DNA of 64,000 nt from an uncultured delta proteobacterium (GCA_963845515.1 CAWJSR010000023.1:64001-128000), one strand, 5' to 3'; positions 8,926-19,966 are shown, numbered from the stretch's first letter. A program made the numbers and translations. Notes: generated by a model from the sequence alone, not told the origin.

Positions 8926-10653
8926 ATGCGAAACCTCCCCATCGGACTCCGGCTCTTCCTCGCGTTCGCGCTCGTGACCGCAGCGCTCACGGGCGTCGGC
9001 GTCTTCGCGCTCGACCAGCTGAGCGCGGTGAAGGCAGGGCTCGACGACGTGGGAGTCAACGAGTGGAGGTCGGCCCAGATCGGCCTCCAGGGCGTGGTCC
9101 TCGCGGCGCAGCAGGGGATCCACGTCGGCAAGGCAGCGGTGGAGGAGGATCCGACCCGGCTCGCCACGATCCTCGACGACATCGCCGCGATCCGTCGCAG
9201 GGCGGCCGAGGTGGTGAAGGCGGGCGAGGCGGCCGCCGACAGCGCGGACGTGCGCGCGCTCTACGGTGACCTCGCGGACCTGCGCGTCGCCTACGCCGAC
9301 GCGATCGACCGCGCCGTGGGCTCCTTCCGCGCCGGCGACGCCGCCGGGGCGCGTCGCATCGTTGGGCACGACCTCCTGCCGGCGCTGGCCCGGGTGACCG
9401 AGGGCTGGGAGCTGGTGGCGGCGGGCGAGGGGCGCCAGGTGGATCAGGCGGTGGCCAACGGGAACGCGATCTACGGTCGCGCCCGCTCGATCGTGATGAC
9501 GCTGCTGGCCGCCGTGGCGATCGCTGCGGTGCTCTTCGCGCTCTGGATCACGCGCAGCATCACCACCCCGCTGCTCACGGCCGTGAAGGCGGCCGACGAG
9601 ATCGCGAGCGGCGACCTGCGCGCGCGCATCACGGTCGACGGGCGCGACGAGGTGGGGCGGCTCCAGGCGGCGATGGCGTCGATGATCGAAAGGATCTCGC
9701 AGGTGATCGGCGAGGTCAGGGCCGGCGCCGACGCGCTCTCCTCGGCCTCGAACCAGGTCTCGATCACGTCGCAGTCGCTCTCGCAGGGGACGGGCGAGCA
9801 GGCCGCGAGCGTCGAGGAGACCACCTCGTCCCTGGAGGAGATGAGCGCCTCGATCACGCAGAACGCCGAGAACGCCCGCCAGACCGAGACGATGGCGGCC
9901 GAGCAGGCCGGCCACGCGGCGGAGGGCGGCAAGGCGGTCGACGAGACCGTGGCCGCCATGCGGACCATCGCCGAGCGGACGACCATCATCGAGGACATCG
10001 CCTACCAGACCAACCTCCTGGCGCTCAACGCCGCCATCGAGGCCGCCCGCGCCGGCGAGCACGGCCGCGGCTTCGCGGTGGTCGCGGCCGAGGTGCGGAA
10101 GCTCGCCGAGCGGTCGCAGAGGGCCGCCAAGGAGATCGGCGAGACGGCCGACGGCTCCGTGGCGATCGCCGAGCGGAGCGGCAAGCTCATCGGCGGCCTC
10201 GTGCCGGCCATCCGCAAGACCGCCGACCTCGTGGCCGAGGTCTCCGCCGCGTCGCAGGAGCAGAGCTCGGGCGTCGGGCAGGTCTCGAAGGCGATGGCGG
10301 TGGTCGACCAGGTGACGCAGCGCAACGCGTCGGCGGCCGAGGAGCTCTCCTCCACCGCGGAGGAGATGGCCTCCCAGGCCGAGTCGCTGCAGCAGCTCGT
10401 CGCCTTCTTCCAGGTCGGCGACGGCGCGCACGTTCGCGTCGCCAACCAGCCGTTCCGCGCGCCGGAGGTCTCCACCAACCCCCGCCGCGTCATCGCGGTC
10501 GACCTGCCGCGGCTCCCCACCCCCGCCCAGCACGGCGCGCAGCCGCACCAGGCGCTGCACCACCCCGCCGCGGCGCGCCCGCACTTCGCGGCGGCGAGGC
10601 ACGAAGTTCCTGCCGCGCAGGCGGCGAGCGACACGGGCTTCAAGCGCTTCTAG
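8926..10653 (+). CDS. Methyl-accepting chemotaxis protein (four-helix sensor, HAMP, signalling domain)
   Basis: Two TMs, [43 protein letters not shown] before ATG 8926; ends GFKRF. Confidence 0.95.
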   Translation: MRNLPIGLRLFLAFALVTAALTGVGVFALDQLSAVKAGLDDVGVNEWRSAQIGLQGVVLAAQQGIHVGKAAVEEDPTRLATILDDIAAIRRRAAEVVKAGEAAADSADVRALYGDLADLRVAYADAIDRAVGSFRAGDAAGARRIVGHDLLPALARVTEGWELVAAGEGRQVDQAVANGNAIYGRARSIVMTLLAAVAIAAVLFALWITRSITTPLLTAVKAADEIASGDLRARITVDGRDEVGRLQAAMASMIERISQVIGEVRAGADALSSASNQVSITSQSLSQGTGEQAASVEETTSSLEEMSASITQNAENARQTETMAAEQAGHAAEGGKAVDETVAAMRTIAERTTIIEDIAYQTNLLALNAAIEAARAGEHGRGFAVVAAEVRKLAERSQRAAKEIGETADGSVAIAERSGKLIGGLVPAIRKTADLVAEVSAASQEQSSGVGQVSKAMAVVDQVTQRNASAAEELSSTAEEMASQAESLQQLVAFFQVGDGAHVRVANQPFRAPEVSTNPRRVIAVDLPRLPTPAQHGAQPHQALHHPAAARPHFAAARHEVPAAQAASDTGFKRF

Positions 10654-10663
10654 GAGGAACCCC

Positions 10664-11173
10664 ATGGACGACGGCGTTCGACACGATCAGCAGCTCGTCT
10701 TCACCGTGGCCGGCGGCGACTACGGCATGCCGGTGCTCAAGGTGAAGGAGATCCTCCAGTGGGAGGAGGTCACGCCGGTCCCCGGCACTCCGCCTGCCAT
10801 CGCCGGTGTCACCAACGTGCGCGGCACGCCCACGCCGGTGATCGACCTCGCCCGGAAGTTCGGGCTCGGCTCGCGCCCACCCGGCCGCCTGACCTGCATC
10901 CTCGTCGTCGAGGCGCTCCTGGGAGGCGCGGTGACGGTGGTGGGGCTCAAGGTGGAGGCGGTGCAGGAGGTGCTCGACATCACCCCCGGCCACGTGGCGC
11001 CGCCCCCCTCCTTCGGCGCCGACGCGAGGGTCGACTTCCTCCAGGGCATCGCCCGGCACGGGAAGCGGTTCCTCCTCCTCCTCGACATCGATCGGGTCCT
11101 CGCCGCAGCCGACGCGGAGATCTGCGCCGCCATCGCCAGCGTGAACGACGCGGCGAACGAGGAGGCCGCGTGA
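10664..11173 (+). CDS. cheW: Chemotaxis coupling protein CheW
   Basis: LVFTVAGGDYGMPVLKVKEI, VTPVPGTP, GVTNVRGTPTPVIDL, LLLDIDRVL. Confidence 0.92.
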   Translation: MDDGVRHDQQLVFTVAGGDYGMPVLKVKEILQWEEVTPVPGTPPAIAGVTNVRGTPTPVIDLARKFGLGSRPPGRLTCILVVEALLGGAVTVVGLKVEAVQEVLDITPGHVAPPPSFGADARVDFLQGIARHGKRFLLLLDIDRVLAAADAEICAAIASVNDAANEEAA

Positions 11174-11272
11174 CGCCCCCTGCCGGTCCCGCGCTGCGGG
11201 CGATCGCCACCCCCGAGGCTCCCCCCGGCGCGCCCCGGCTGCAGGCGCCGGTGCTCCTGGCCTGCGGCCCCG

Positions 11273-11926
11273 TCAGGCCGGCTCGGCGTCCCCGCTGGGC
11301 GGCGCGCCAGGCTCCAGACCGAGCCGCGCCGCCTCCTCGGGAGTGTTGACGTTCTCGAAGGAGCGCCCGTCGGGATCGATCGTCCGCCACTCCTCCTCCT
11401 CGACGATCCGCGCGCCGACCGCGGCGGCGATCTCCCGGAAGGAGGGATCGCCGGCGCGGAGGAGCCGCTCGACCTCGGGGAGGCAGCCGCGCGACCAGAA
11501 GGCGTGGAGTGGCTCGAGCCTGCCCTGCCAGCGTGGGATGAGCGCCGGCGCTCCCTGCCGCCTGGAGGCCAGCCAGGCGATCGGTCCGGCCGCGAGGAAG
11601 GGCATGTCGCAGCCGGCGGTGAAGACCCACTCGGACCGTGCGTGGAGCAGGGCCGCGTGGAGGCCGCCGGGCGCCCCCTTGCCGGCGATGGCGTCCGCGA
11701 CCGTGGGGGCGCCGAGGGAGGCGTACGGCACTGGATCGTTGGCGACGACCATCACGTGGGCGAAGGCCCCGCGGAAGAGCCTCAGCGTCCGCGCCGCGAT
11801 GGGCTCGCCGTCGACGCGCAGCAGCCCTTTGGGCGTGCCGCCCATCCTGACTGCGCGGCCGCCGGCGATCAGGACGCCGGTCGTGTCGGCGAGTGTGTGC
11901 GGGGTGGCGTCGGTGGCTGTGGGCAC
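11273..11926 (-). CDS. mobA: Molybdenum cofactor guanylyltransferase (start uncertain)
   Basis: LIAGGRAVRMGGTPKGLL, GAPGGLHAAL, GCDMPFL, EPLHAFW, FENVNTPEE. Confidence 0.88.
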   Translation of the reverse strand: MPTATDATPHTLADTTGVLIAGGRAVRMGGTPKGLLRVDGEPIAARTLRLFRGAFAHVMVVANDPVPYASLGAPTVADAIAGKGAPGGLHAALLHARSEWVFTAGCDMPFLAAGPIAWLASRRQGAPALIPRWQGRLEPLHAFWSRGCLPEVERLLRAGDPSFREIAAAVGARIVEEEEWRTIDPDGRSFENVNTPEEAARLGLEPGAPPSGDAEPA

Positions 11927-12036
11927 GCCCGAGGATACCGCGCAGACGGCCCGGGGGTTGGCGCTCTGACCGCGCCTGGGACGGGGCGCCATCGAGACTT
12001 GGAGCGGACGAGTCGTTCATGTAGAACGTGCGCTCC

Positions 12037-12375
12037 ATGACCCCGGAGCAGAGGCTCACGGCCTTCCGAGAATTCGTCGAGAAGCGCCCCGGCGATCCAT
12101 TCGCCCGCTATTCGCTCGCCATGCAGCTGCGATCGATGGGGCGGACGGCAGACGCCGCCACCGAGCTCCGCCAGGTCGCGCAGCGCAGCCCGGACTACGT
12201 CCCGGCCTACATCATCCTCGGCAAGGTGCTAGAGGGACTCGGCGATCCTGCCGAGGCGGAGCGCGTTTACGAGGCCGGCATCGCCGTGGCGAGCCGAGCC
12301 GGAAACAATCACGCACGGAGCGAGCTGGGCAGCGCCCTCGACTCGCTCCGCGCGCGCGGAGAGGCAACGAGATGA
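12037..12375 (+). CDS. Tetratricopeptide-repeat protein
   Basis: PGDPFARYSLAMQL, PDYVPAYIILGKVLE...AERVYEAGI; ATGA overlap with fabI. Confidence 0.8.
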   Translation: MTPEQRLTAFREFVEKRPGDPFARYSLAMQLRSMGRTADAATELRQVAQRSPDYVPAYIILGKVLEGLGDPAEAERVYEAGIAVASRAGNNHARSELGSALDSLRARGEATR

Positions 12376-13184
12376 GTAACGGAGAGACGATCCCCTCGCT
12401 TGGCGGCCTGTTCAAGGGGAAGCGCGCCATCATCACCGGCGTCGCCAATGACCGCTCCATCGCGTGGGCGGTGGCCCAGGCCCTCCACAAGGAGGGGGCG
12501 GAGCTGATCTTCACCTACCCCGGCGAGGACATGGAGAAGCGCGTCCGGCCGCTCGCCGAGACGCTCGACCCGAAGGCGATCATCGACTGCGACGTCGGCA
12601 AGGACGAGGACATCCAGAGGATGGTCGAGGAGGTCCGGAAGGTGTGGGACCGGGTCGACATCCTGCTCCACTCGATCGGCTTCGCCCCGCGCGGCGCGCT
12701 CGACGGCCGCTTCGCCGACGTCACCTCCCGCGACGTCTGGCGCATCACGATGGACGTCTCGGCCTACTCCCTCATCGCGCTCACCCGCGCCTTCAAGCCG
12801 CTGATGGTCTCCGGCTCCAGCGTCCTCTCGCTCAGCTACTACGGCGCCGAGAAGGTGGTCCGGAACTACAACGTCATGGGGGTCGCGAAGGCGGCGCTCG
12901 AGTGCTCCACCCGGTACCTCGCCGACGACCTCGGCCAGGACGGGATCCGGGTCAACTGCGTCAGCGCCGGCCCGCTCAAGACGCTGGCCGCCGCCGGCAT
13001 CAAGGGGATGCGCTCGATGCTCGGCGAGAACGCCGACAAGACGCCGATGCGCCGGAACATCGAGCAGGAGGACGTCGCCCGCGCGGCGCTCTACCTCTGC
13101 TCCGACCTCGCCCGGAACGTGACCGGCGAGATCCTCCACGTCGACGCCGGCCAGAACATCGTCGGCGTCGTGTCGATGGGGTGA
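12372..13184 (+). CDS. fabI: Enoyl-ACP reductase FabI
   Basis: GVANDRSIAW, HSIGFAP, SAYSL, YNVMGVAKAALE, AGPLKTLAA. Confidence 0.95.
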   Translation: MSNGETIPSLGGLFKGKRAIITGVANDRSIAWAVAQALHKEGAELIFTYPGEDMEKRVRPLAETLDPKAIIDCDVGKDEDIQRMVEEVRKVWDRVDILLHSIGFAPRGALDGRFADVTSRDVWRITMDVSAYSLIALTRAFKPLMVSGSSVLSLSYYGAEKVVRNYNVMGVAKAALECSTRYLADDLGQDGIRVNCVSAGPLKTLAAAGIKGMRSMLGENADKTPMRRNIEQEDVARAALYLCSDLARNVTGEILHVDAGQNIVGVVSMG

Positions 13185-13192
13185 GGAGCAGC

Positions 13193-13837
13193 TCAGCGCC
13201 TGGCGTTCTCCCCCACGAACGGGTTGTTCCGCCGCTCCTCGCCGAGGAGCCCGGACGGCCCGTGGCCCGAGAAGAACCGGACGTCGTCGCCCAGCGTGAA
13301 GAGCTTCCGACGGATCGAGTCGCTGATCGCCTCGAAGCTGCCGCCGGGCAGGTCGGTCCTGCCGACGGATCCGACGAAGAGCGTGTCCCCGGTGAAGAGG
13401 ATCTTCGCCGCCGGGAAGAAGACGCAGGCCGAGCCGGGGCTGTGGCCGGGGGTGTGGATGACTCGCGCCTCCTGGGAGCCAAGCAGGAACGTCTCGCCGT
13501 CCTGAGGCTGGTGGTCGACCGCGGGCACCTCCACCGGGTCGAACCCGAACAGCTCGGCCTGCACCGGCAGGGTGGGCAGCTTCGCCACGTCCGCCCCGTG
13601 CAGCCAGAGCGGCGCGCCGAAGGTGCGGCGCGCCACGGCCCCACCGGAGACGTGGTCGATGTGACCGTGGGTGCAGAAGATCCGCGTCACGCGGAGCCCC
13701 TCCGGCGCGCACAGCGCCGCGATCTCCGGTGAGTCCTCGCCGGGATCGACCAGGAGGGCCTCGCCGCTCTCCCGCTCCCCGACCAGGAAGCAGTTCGAGG
13801 CGAACGGCGTGAGGACCGCGTTCCGGACGATCAGCAT
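13193..13837 (-). CDS. MBL-fold metallo-hydrolase (glyoxalase II-like)
   Basis: THGHIDH, HTPGHSPG, FTGDTLFVGSVGRTDLPGG, GHG. Confidence 0.92.
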   Translation of the reverse strand: MLIVRNAVLTPFASNCFLVGERESGEALLVDPGEDSPEIAALCAPEGLRVTRIFCTHGHIDHVSGGAVARRTFGAPLWLHGADVAKLPTLPVQAELFGFDPVEVPAVDHQPQDGETFLLGSQEARVIHTPGHSPGSACVFFPAAKILFTGDTLFVGSVGRTDLPGGSFEAISDSIRRKLFTLGDDVRFFSGHGPSGLLGEERRNNPFVGENARR

Positions 13838-13854
13838 GCGGGTGCTCCAATGAA

Positions 13855-13889
13855 GAGCGGGGCTGGAGGGTCGGCCCCGCCAGCCCCGC
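13855..13889 (-). terminator. GC-rich hairpin downstream of the iscA-like gene
   Basis: Minus strand GCGGGGCTGG...CCAGCCCCGC followed by TCTTCATT. Confidence 0.4.
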
Positions 13890-13910
13890 GAGAGTCCGGA
13901 GCCTGGCTCG

Positions 13911-14294
13911 TCAGTAGGAGAAGGACTGGCCGCAGCCGCAGGTCTGCTTCGCGTTCGGGTTCTCGAACTTGAAGCCGGCGCCCTGGAGCCCCTGCACGTA
14001 GTCGATCGTGACGCCCTGCAGGTACATCGAGCTCATGACGTCGACGAAGAACTTGATCCCCTCCTGCTCGAAGGTGAGGTCGCCGTCGGCCCCCTGCTTC
14101 TCGAAGTCCATGGAGTACTGGAACCCGGAGCAGCCGCCGCCCACGACGCCGACGCGGATGCCGTGCCCCTGCAGCCCCTCCTGCTCCATGGCGCTCTTCA
14201 CCATCTCGACCGCCTTCGGGGTCAGGAGGATGGGGTTCGTCTCCATCCCGAGGTGGGAGGGGGTGACCTGCGGCTGGACGGTAGTGGCTTCCAT
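13911..14294 (-). CDS. HesB/IscA/ErpA Fe-S cluster insertion protein
   Basis: VVGGGCSGFQY, IDYVQGLQGAGFKFENPNAKQTCGCGQSF. Confidence 0.95.
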   Translation of the reverse strand: MEATTVQPQVTPSHLGMETNPILLTPKAVEMVKSAMEQEGLQGHGIRVGVVGGGCSGFQYSMDFEKQGADGDLTFEQEGIKFFVDVMSSMYLQGVTIDYVQGLQGAGFKFENPNAKQTCGCGQSFSY

Positions 14295-14374
14295 CGTTTC
14301 CTCGTTCGCGGGGGGTGCGCTCCGGAATCTAACAGCGGGGCGGCCGAGCTTCAACGCAGCCCGTGCGGAGCCGG

Positions 14375-15358
14375 CTACGAGGCGCGAAAGCGGTCACTTC
14401 CCCCCGCCAGCCGGTCGTAGAGCAGCCCCCAGCGCACCCCGCGGTCCGAGACCGTGAGCCGCTCGAAGCCGGTGAGCCGCATCGCCTCCGCCACGATCAT
14501 CCCGCCGGCGACGATCACGTCGGCCCGCTTCGGCTCCATCCCGGGCAGCCGCTGCCGCTCGGCGACCGTCATGGCGGCCAGCCGCACGAGGAGCGCGTCC
14601 ACCTCGTCCAGCGTCATCGACGCGCCGTGGACCTTCTTCGCGTCGTAGACGGGGAGCTCCTGCTGCACCGAGCAGAGGGTGGTCACGGTGCCGGCGACGC
14701 CGACGAGCCGCGCGCCGGTGACGTCGCCGATCCCGTCGAGCTTCGCCAGCGGCGAGAGCGCCTCGCGCGCCGCCTCCCGGAGCACGAGCTGCTGGGAGAG
14801 CGGCATCGGGTCGGCGCGGACGTGACGCTCGGTGAGCCGGACCGCGCCCAGCTGGAGGCTGGCGCGGCCGCGGGGCGCCGGCCCGTCCCCGAAGATGAAC
14901 TCGGTGGAGCCCCCCCCGACGTCGAGGACCGCGAGCGGCGCGCCGGGCGGGAACGGCGAGGGGCCGCCCGGCGTGAGCCCGAAGTCGCGCCAGGCGCTGC
15001 CGTAGACGAGCCGCGCCTCCTCCTCGCCGCTGATCACCTCCGGCGTGAGCCCTGCGGCGGCCCGCGTCGCGGCGAAGAACTCTGCGCCGTTGCGGGCGTC
15101 GCGCGCCGCGCTGGTGGCGACGCAGACGATCTGGCTGGCCCCGAGCGCCCGCGCCTCGGCGGCGAAGCGCCCCAGGGTGTCGACGGTCTCCCGTATCGCC
15201 TCCGGTGAGAGCTGGCCGCTCGCGTCGACGCCGCGCCCGAGCCGCGTGATCTCGGCCCGCTCGACCACCGGCTCCAGCCGGCCGTCGCGCTCCTCGGCGA
15301 CGACCAGCAGGACGGTGTTGGTGCCGACGTCGATCGCGGCGAGGCGGAGTGAAGACAT
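14375..15358 (-). CDS. ppx: Ppx/GppA exopolyphosphatase
   Basis: AAIDVGTNT, ATSAARDARN, SGEEEA, DVGGGSTE, RADVIVAG, GVRWG. Confidence 0.92.
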   Translation of the reverse strand: MSSLRLAAIDVGTNTVLLVVAEERDGRLEPVVERAEITRLGRGVDASGQLSPEAIRETVDTLGRFAAEARALGASQIVCVATSAARDARNGAEFFAATRAAAGLTPEVISGEEEARLVYGSAWRDFGLTPGGPSPFPPGAPLAVLDVGGGSTEFIFGDGPAPRGRASLQLGAVRLTERHVRADPMPLSQQLVLREAAREALSPLAKLDGIGDVTGARLVGVAGTVTTLCSVQQELPVYDAKKVHGASMTLDEVDALLVRLAAMTVAERQRLPGMEPKRADVIVAGGMIVAEAMRLTGFERLTVSDRGVRWGLLYDRLAGGSDRFRAS

Positions 15359-15472
15359 CCCGCGGTTCTACGCGGGACGCGGGCGGGAGATCAATGCGTC
15401 TTCGTGCGGGGCCGTGGCCCCCGGGGCCCCGGCCGGCGCCGCCCCGGGGGGCGGGCCGGCGGGGCGGGCAGC

Positions 15473-17793
15473 TCACTGCTGGCAGTAGCGGCCCGGTGCA
15501 GAGCGCGCGGCGCGGGACCGCGGCGCCGTACCGGTCGGGCAGGAAGCCGGGGGCCGCGGTGTTCGCGGCGCACTCGTCGACGATGTACGTGGCGAGCGCC
15601 TGGTAGTCCTTCACGTGGCTGCCGTCGCCGCCGCGTCAGGATCGCGGTGTTGAGATCGGCGATGGGGACGCCGCGTCTGGTCCCTGGGCGTCACGCCGGC
15701 GAACTTCGCGAACTCGCCGACGTAGAGCGTGGTCACCAGCGAGATGAGCGTCGTGAACGGATCGACGAGCCACCCGCCGGTGGCCGTGACGGTCTCGTCG
15801 TAGATGGGCGTGGTCACGGTGCCCGCCCCGTCCACGAGATCGATCTTCTTGATCCACGAGCCGACCGGGGTCAGCGGGCGCGAGGAGTCGTACTCGTACT
15901 TCAGGCCGCTCGGGACGATGAAGAAGTCCCCGTCCTCCACGGCCTTCTTGGCGGTCGTGTCGAGCGCGCCGAAGATCTCGCCGGCGCAGGAGGTAGCCGC
16001 GGATGAGCGGGTAGCCCGGGGAGCTCTTCGACCGGATCGCCGCCGTTGGGGACCATCCGGTAGACGTCCGCGAAGCCGAGGTCGCCGGTCGCGCCCACCA
16101 CGAGATCGCCGCGGATCGCGCCGCGGTTCTGGAGCGCGATCTGGGTCGTGGCCACCGCGTTGGCGGCCGCCAGCATCGCGTCGGTGTCGAGATCGCTTCC
16201 GTTGGTCTCGCCGGACCCGATCCCGACGACGTCGTAGGCCGTCTTGCCGAGGACGTAGTGGTACAGGTCGCCGAGGATCGCCGGGTCGTCGGTCACCAGG
16301 CCACCCGTGACGGTGGAGAGGTTCAGCTCCAGGAAGGACATCCCCACGACCGGGAGATCGACGCTCTCGAGCCCCCCCACCACCGTGGCCATCACGTAGA
16401 GGAGGGTGGGATCCTGCGACGGCAGGATCCTGTCGTCGACCGCGATGAAGCGGGTGCGGGTGGCCGTGGTGTCCAGCGTGGGGCGCTCAGCCGCGTGGAT
16501 GACCAGCTCCGCGCGCCCGACCTCCGAGCCGTAGGGCGCCGGCTGCATGATCGGGACCTGCCGGGCGTCGAGGTCCGCGACGTAACGGACCAGGTCCGGG
16601 GTCTCGTGGCTGTGGCCGCTGACGACGAGGTCCACGCCGCGGAGCTTCGCGGCGAGCCGCTCGTCGTCGCCGGAGACGGCGGCGGTCGCGCCGATGCCGC
16701 CGTGGCCGAGAAGGACGACGGCGTCCACCGCTTCGACGTCACGGAGCGAGGTGATCACCGGCTGGAGCTGGGCGGCGATCGCGTCGAGCGCCTGGCCCGC
16801 CAGGGCGGGGTCGAGCGGATCCACGCCGCTCGTGAAGCTGAGCGGCGCGGCGAGCGCCGAGCTGGACGCGGCGCCGCGGCCGAGCGCCGCGACCACGCCG
16901 ACCTTGAGGCCGCCCGCGGTCGTGACGATCCGCGCACGCGTGATCGCCTTTCCGCTGCCCAGCTCGCCGTAGAGCGCCTCGATCCCGTCGTCGGCGGTGG
17001 AGGTCGCGTCGAAGGCCACGTTGGTGAGGACGAGCGGGGCCGCCGCGGCCGGGAGCGGGGGAATCGGCGCCGGCGGTGCGGGCGGGGCGGCGCCGATGGC
17101 GGCCACCAGCGCGTTCAGCCCCAGCTCGAACTCGTGGTTCCCGATGGCGATCGCGTCGTAGCCGAGGACCCTGGCGATGGAGAGGTCGGGGTTGGTCTGG
17201 GTGAAGAGGACGGCTGCCAGCGTCCCCTGGCTGAAGTCGCCGGCGGAGACGGTGATGGTCTCGACGCCGCGCACCGCACCCGCCGCCCGCTCGTTGGCGA
17301 ACACCGTGGCGCGCCGCGCGACGCCCCCCTTCACCGACCCCGAGCCAGCGGTCGTCGGCAGCGGGAAGTCATCCAGCTCAGGGGCGGCCCCGAAGACGTG
17401 CGAGTGCTCGTCGGTCGTGAAGAGGACGGCGAGCCGCGCGTCGACGGCGATGCTCAGGCTCGCCCTGGTGCTCCCGCCGTCGTTCTTCGCCGTGACGGTG
17501 TAGGTCGTCGCGGAGGAGACGGCGGAGGGCGTCCCGGAGATCACGCCGCTGGAGCGGTCGATGGCGAGCCCCGCCGGGAGGGCGGGCGAGACCGAGAAGG
17601 AGTCGGGCGAGCCACCGCTCCAGGTCGGCGCGTTGGCCGCGATGGCGAGCCCCCTGGTGTAGACCGCCGGGTTGGCTGAGTAGGTGAGAGCGCTCGGCTC
17701 GTCGGGCTTGTTGCAGCCCGCGCTGAGCGCGAGTGAGATCGCAGCGATGGCCAGCGTGTGGACAGCGGCGGAGCCGCTCCGGTGGACGTGCAT
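15473..17793 (-). CDS. Lipoprotein 5'-nucleotidase/metallophosphoesterase with N-terminal Ig-like domain; several frameshifts in the 3' part (about 16020-15490)
   Basis: Lipobox LSAGC; LPAGLAIDRSSGVISGTP Ig-like domain; TTDEHSH, AGDFSQG, IGNHEF, SGHSH; C-domain NRGAIRGDL; continues in ORFs 15611..15940 and VKDYQALATYI. End inferred. Confidence 0.8.
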
Positions 17794-17909
17794 TTGGGCC
17801 TCCCCTTTTGGGAAAAGGAGACCCCCCGCGAGCGGATGTGACAACAGACCACGTGGGGCGTGTGTCAGCGCCCAGCCGTCCCGAAGAGCGGACGCACCGC
17901 GTCGAAGGC

Positions 17910-19199
17910 TCAGTCGGCCTTCGGCCCCCAGGCGGGCGTCGCGACGACCGTCCTGCCGTCGGTCACGACGACCTGCCGGTCACCGTCGGGCGAGGAGACG
18001 ACCAGCTGCGGCGCCCCCTTCCGGTCCGACGTGAAGGCGAGCAGCCGCCCGTTGGGTGCCCAGGTGGGCTCCTCGTTGGTCGCCCCCTGGTTCTGCGTCA
18101 CGCGGGCGATCTTTCCCGAGTCGGGCGAGACGACGAAGACGTCGAAGACCTTCCGCTCGTCGCGCGCGGTGAAGGCGATCAGGTCCCCGCGCGGGCTCCA
18201 CTTCGGCGTCTGGTTGTAGTTCCCCTGGAACGTGAGCCGCCGCTGGCCGCTCCCGTCCGCGTTCATCACGTAGATCTGCGGCGAGCCGGCGCGGTTGGAG
18301 ACGAAGGCGATCCGCGTCCCGTCAGGCGACCAGGTGGGCGAGAGGTCCTCGGAGGACTCGCGCGTGAGCCGCCGCGCGTCGGTGCCGTCCGCGTTGGCCA
18401 CCCAGACGTCGGTCGCGCCGCCGCTCTGCGCGGCGGTGAAGGCGATCCTCGAGCCGTCGGGCGACCAGGTGCCACCCATCGTGATGGAGCCGACCGAGAG
18501 GAGCTTGCGGAAGCTCCGGTCGGCGAGCCGGTAGACCCAGAGCTCCGGCCGGCCGTTCCGGTAGCTGGTGACCAGCAGCTCCTTCCCGTTCGGGCGCCAC
18601 GCCGGCATGAGGATCAGGAGCTTCTCGGCGAGCAGGACCTGCGGCCGCTTCCCGTCGACGTCGTAGAGGATCAGCTCGCGCCCCTCCTTCGTCTTCCGGA
18701 TGGCGGCGATGCGCGTGTCGAAGACCCCGGGCTCGCGCGTGTAGTAGCGGAGCACCGCGTCGGCGATCCGGTGGCCGAGGGTGCGCGCCCCGCCGGACTC
18801 CCCGCCAGTCGTCAGCTCACGCCCGGCCCTCACGTCGTAGAGGTGGTACTCGGCGTTCGCCTGACCGGCATCGCCCTTACCGAACGTCGCCTTGACCAGC
18901 CCGTCGGCGCCGACGTCGCCCCAGCGCTGGAACTTGATCGACGCCGCCGCGAGCCCCTCGGTCGGATCGGCCAGGAACCCCTTGGGGTCCAGGACCTTGA
19001 AGAGACCGGAGAGGTTCAGGTCGCTCCGCACGGTCTCCCATGCCTCGCGCGCCACGGGGTCGCCGTCCGGCGCGAAGGGGGCGATGGCGATGGGGAGCGG
19101 CTCGAAGTTGGGGGCGCCGACCTCGATGACCGGGCGATCCTGCGCTGCGGCGGGGAGCGCGAGGGCAGCGGCGAGCGCGGCGAGCAGGCGAAGGTTCAT
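17910..19199 (-). CDS. tolB: Tol-Pal beta-propeller protein TolB
   Basis: PIAIAPF, DLNLSGLF, PD40 repeats (WSPDGSRIAF, SPTWSPDGTRIAFVSNRAGSPQIY). Confidence 0.93.
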   Translation of the reverse strand: MNLRLLAALAAALALPAAAQDRPVIEVGAPNFEPLPIAIAPFAPDGDPVAREAWETVRSDLNLSGLFKVLDPKGFLADPTEGLAAASIKFQRWGDVGADGLVKATFGKGDAGQANAEYHLYDVRAGRELTTGGESGGARTLGHRIADAVLRYYTREPGVFDTRIAAIRKTKEGRELILYDVDGKRPQVLLAEKLLILMPAWRPNGKELLVTSYRNGRPELWVYRLADRSFRKLLSVGSITMGGTWSPDGSRIAFTAAQSGGATDVWVANADGTDARRLTRESSEDLSPTWSPDGTRIAFVSNRAGSPQIYVMNADGSGQRRLTFQGNYNQTPKWSPRGDLIAFTARDERKVFDVFVVSPDSGKIARVTQNQGATNEEPTWAPNGRLLAFTSDRKGAPQLVVSSPDGDRQVVVTDGRTVVATPAWGPKAD

Positions 19200-19219
19200 G
19201 GCGGTGTGGGCTCCGGGGG

Positions 19220-19966
19220 TCAGGGCGTGTACTCGACGAGGATGCCGTCGCGGCGGTAGCGATCCTTGAACTCTGCTGGCGGCGGAGGCAAGCGGGTTGC
19301 GCGTGCCGAGCGCTCCACCGAGGCGTCGAAGACGTCGTTCCCGGAGCGCTTCGCGATCCGGACGTCGCGGATGGCGCCGTTCGGCTCGACCAGTATGAGC
19401 ACGGTGGCGCGCAGGTGGAGCCGCTCCTTCACCGGGATCGTGGCGGGCGCCGCGTAGCTGGCCTTGAGCGCCCGCTGCGCCAGGGCGAGGTAGCGATCCC
19501 CTTCACCGGCCTCCGAGGCGTCACCCTCCGGGTCGCCGGTCGGGTCGCCCCAGCGCGGCTCCTCGGCCGACTTGTCCCGCTCCATCCTGGACATGACCCG
19601 CGCCAGCGGATCGCCGCCTGCCTTCCCCTCCGCCTTCGGCGCGGCCGCGGCGGGCTTCGCCTTCGTCGCGGCCAGGACCGGCGCGGCGGCCCTGGCGTCC
19701 GGCGTGAGGACCGGCGCGGCGGCGCTCTTCGGCGCTGGCGCTGGGGGCGGCGGCTCTGCCTCCTTGCGCGGCAGGAGGGTCTCGGGGCGCTTCTCCCCGA
19801 GCCGCACGAGCTTCGCGACGATCGGCTTCTGCCCGACGTCGATCTCCGGCCCGGCGCGGTGGGTGAGCGCCCAGCCGGCCAGCACGACGTGGACGAGCGC
19901 GGACGCCGCCACCGCCGGCCAGACCCGGTCCCGTCGCCCGAGCGCGCTGGCCGCCAGCGAGGTCAC
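19220..19966 (-). CDS. tolA: TolA/TonB-like energy transducer
   Basis: TM with SALVH, P/A-rich linker, RSGNDVFDASVERS C-terminal domain; lies between tolR and tolB. Confidence 0.82.
   Translation of the reverse strand: MTSLAASALGRRDRVWPAVAASALVHVVLAGWALTHRAGPEIDVGQKPIVAKLVRLGEKRPETLLPRKEAEPPPPAPAPKSAAAPVLTPDARAAAPVLAATKAKPAAAAPKAEGKAGGDPLARVMSRMERDKSAEEPRWGDPTGDPEGDASEAGEGDRYLALAQRALKASYAAPATIPVKERLHLRATVLILVEPNGAIRDVRIAKRSGNDVFDASVERSARATRLPPPPAEFKDRYRRDGILVEYTP

Noticed and set aside
15405..15470. Extremely GC-rich palindromic stretch as an ncRNA
   Set aside because: Low complexity, so pairing is expected by chance; at most a terminator-like hairpin.
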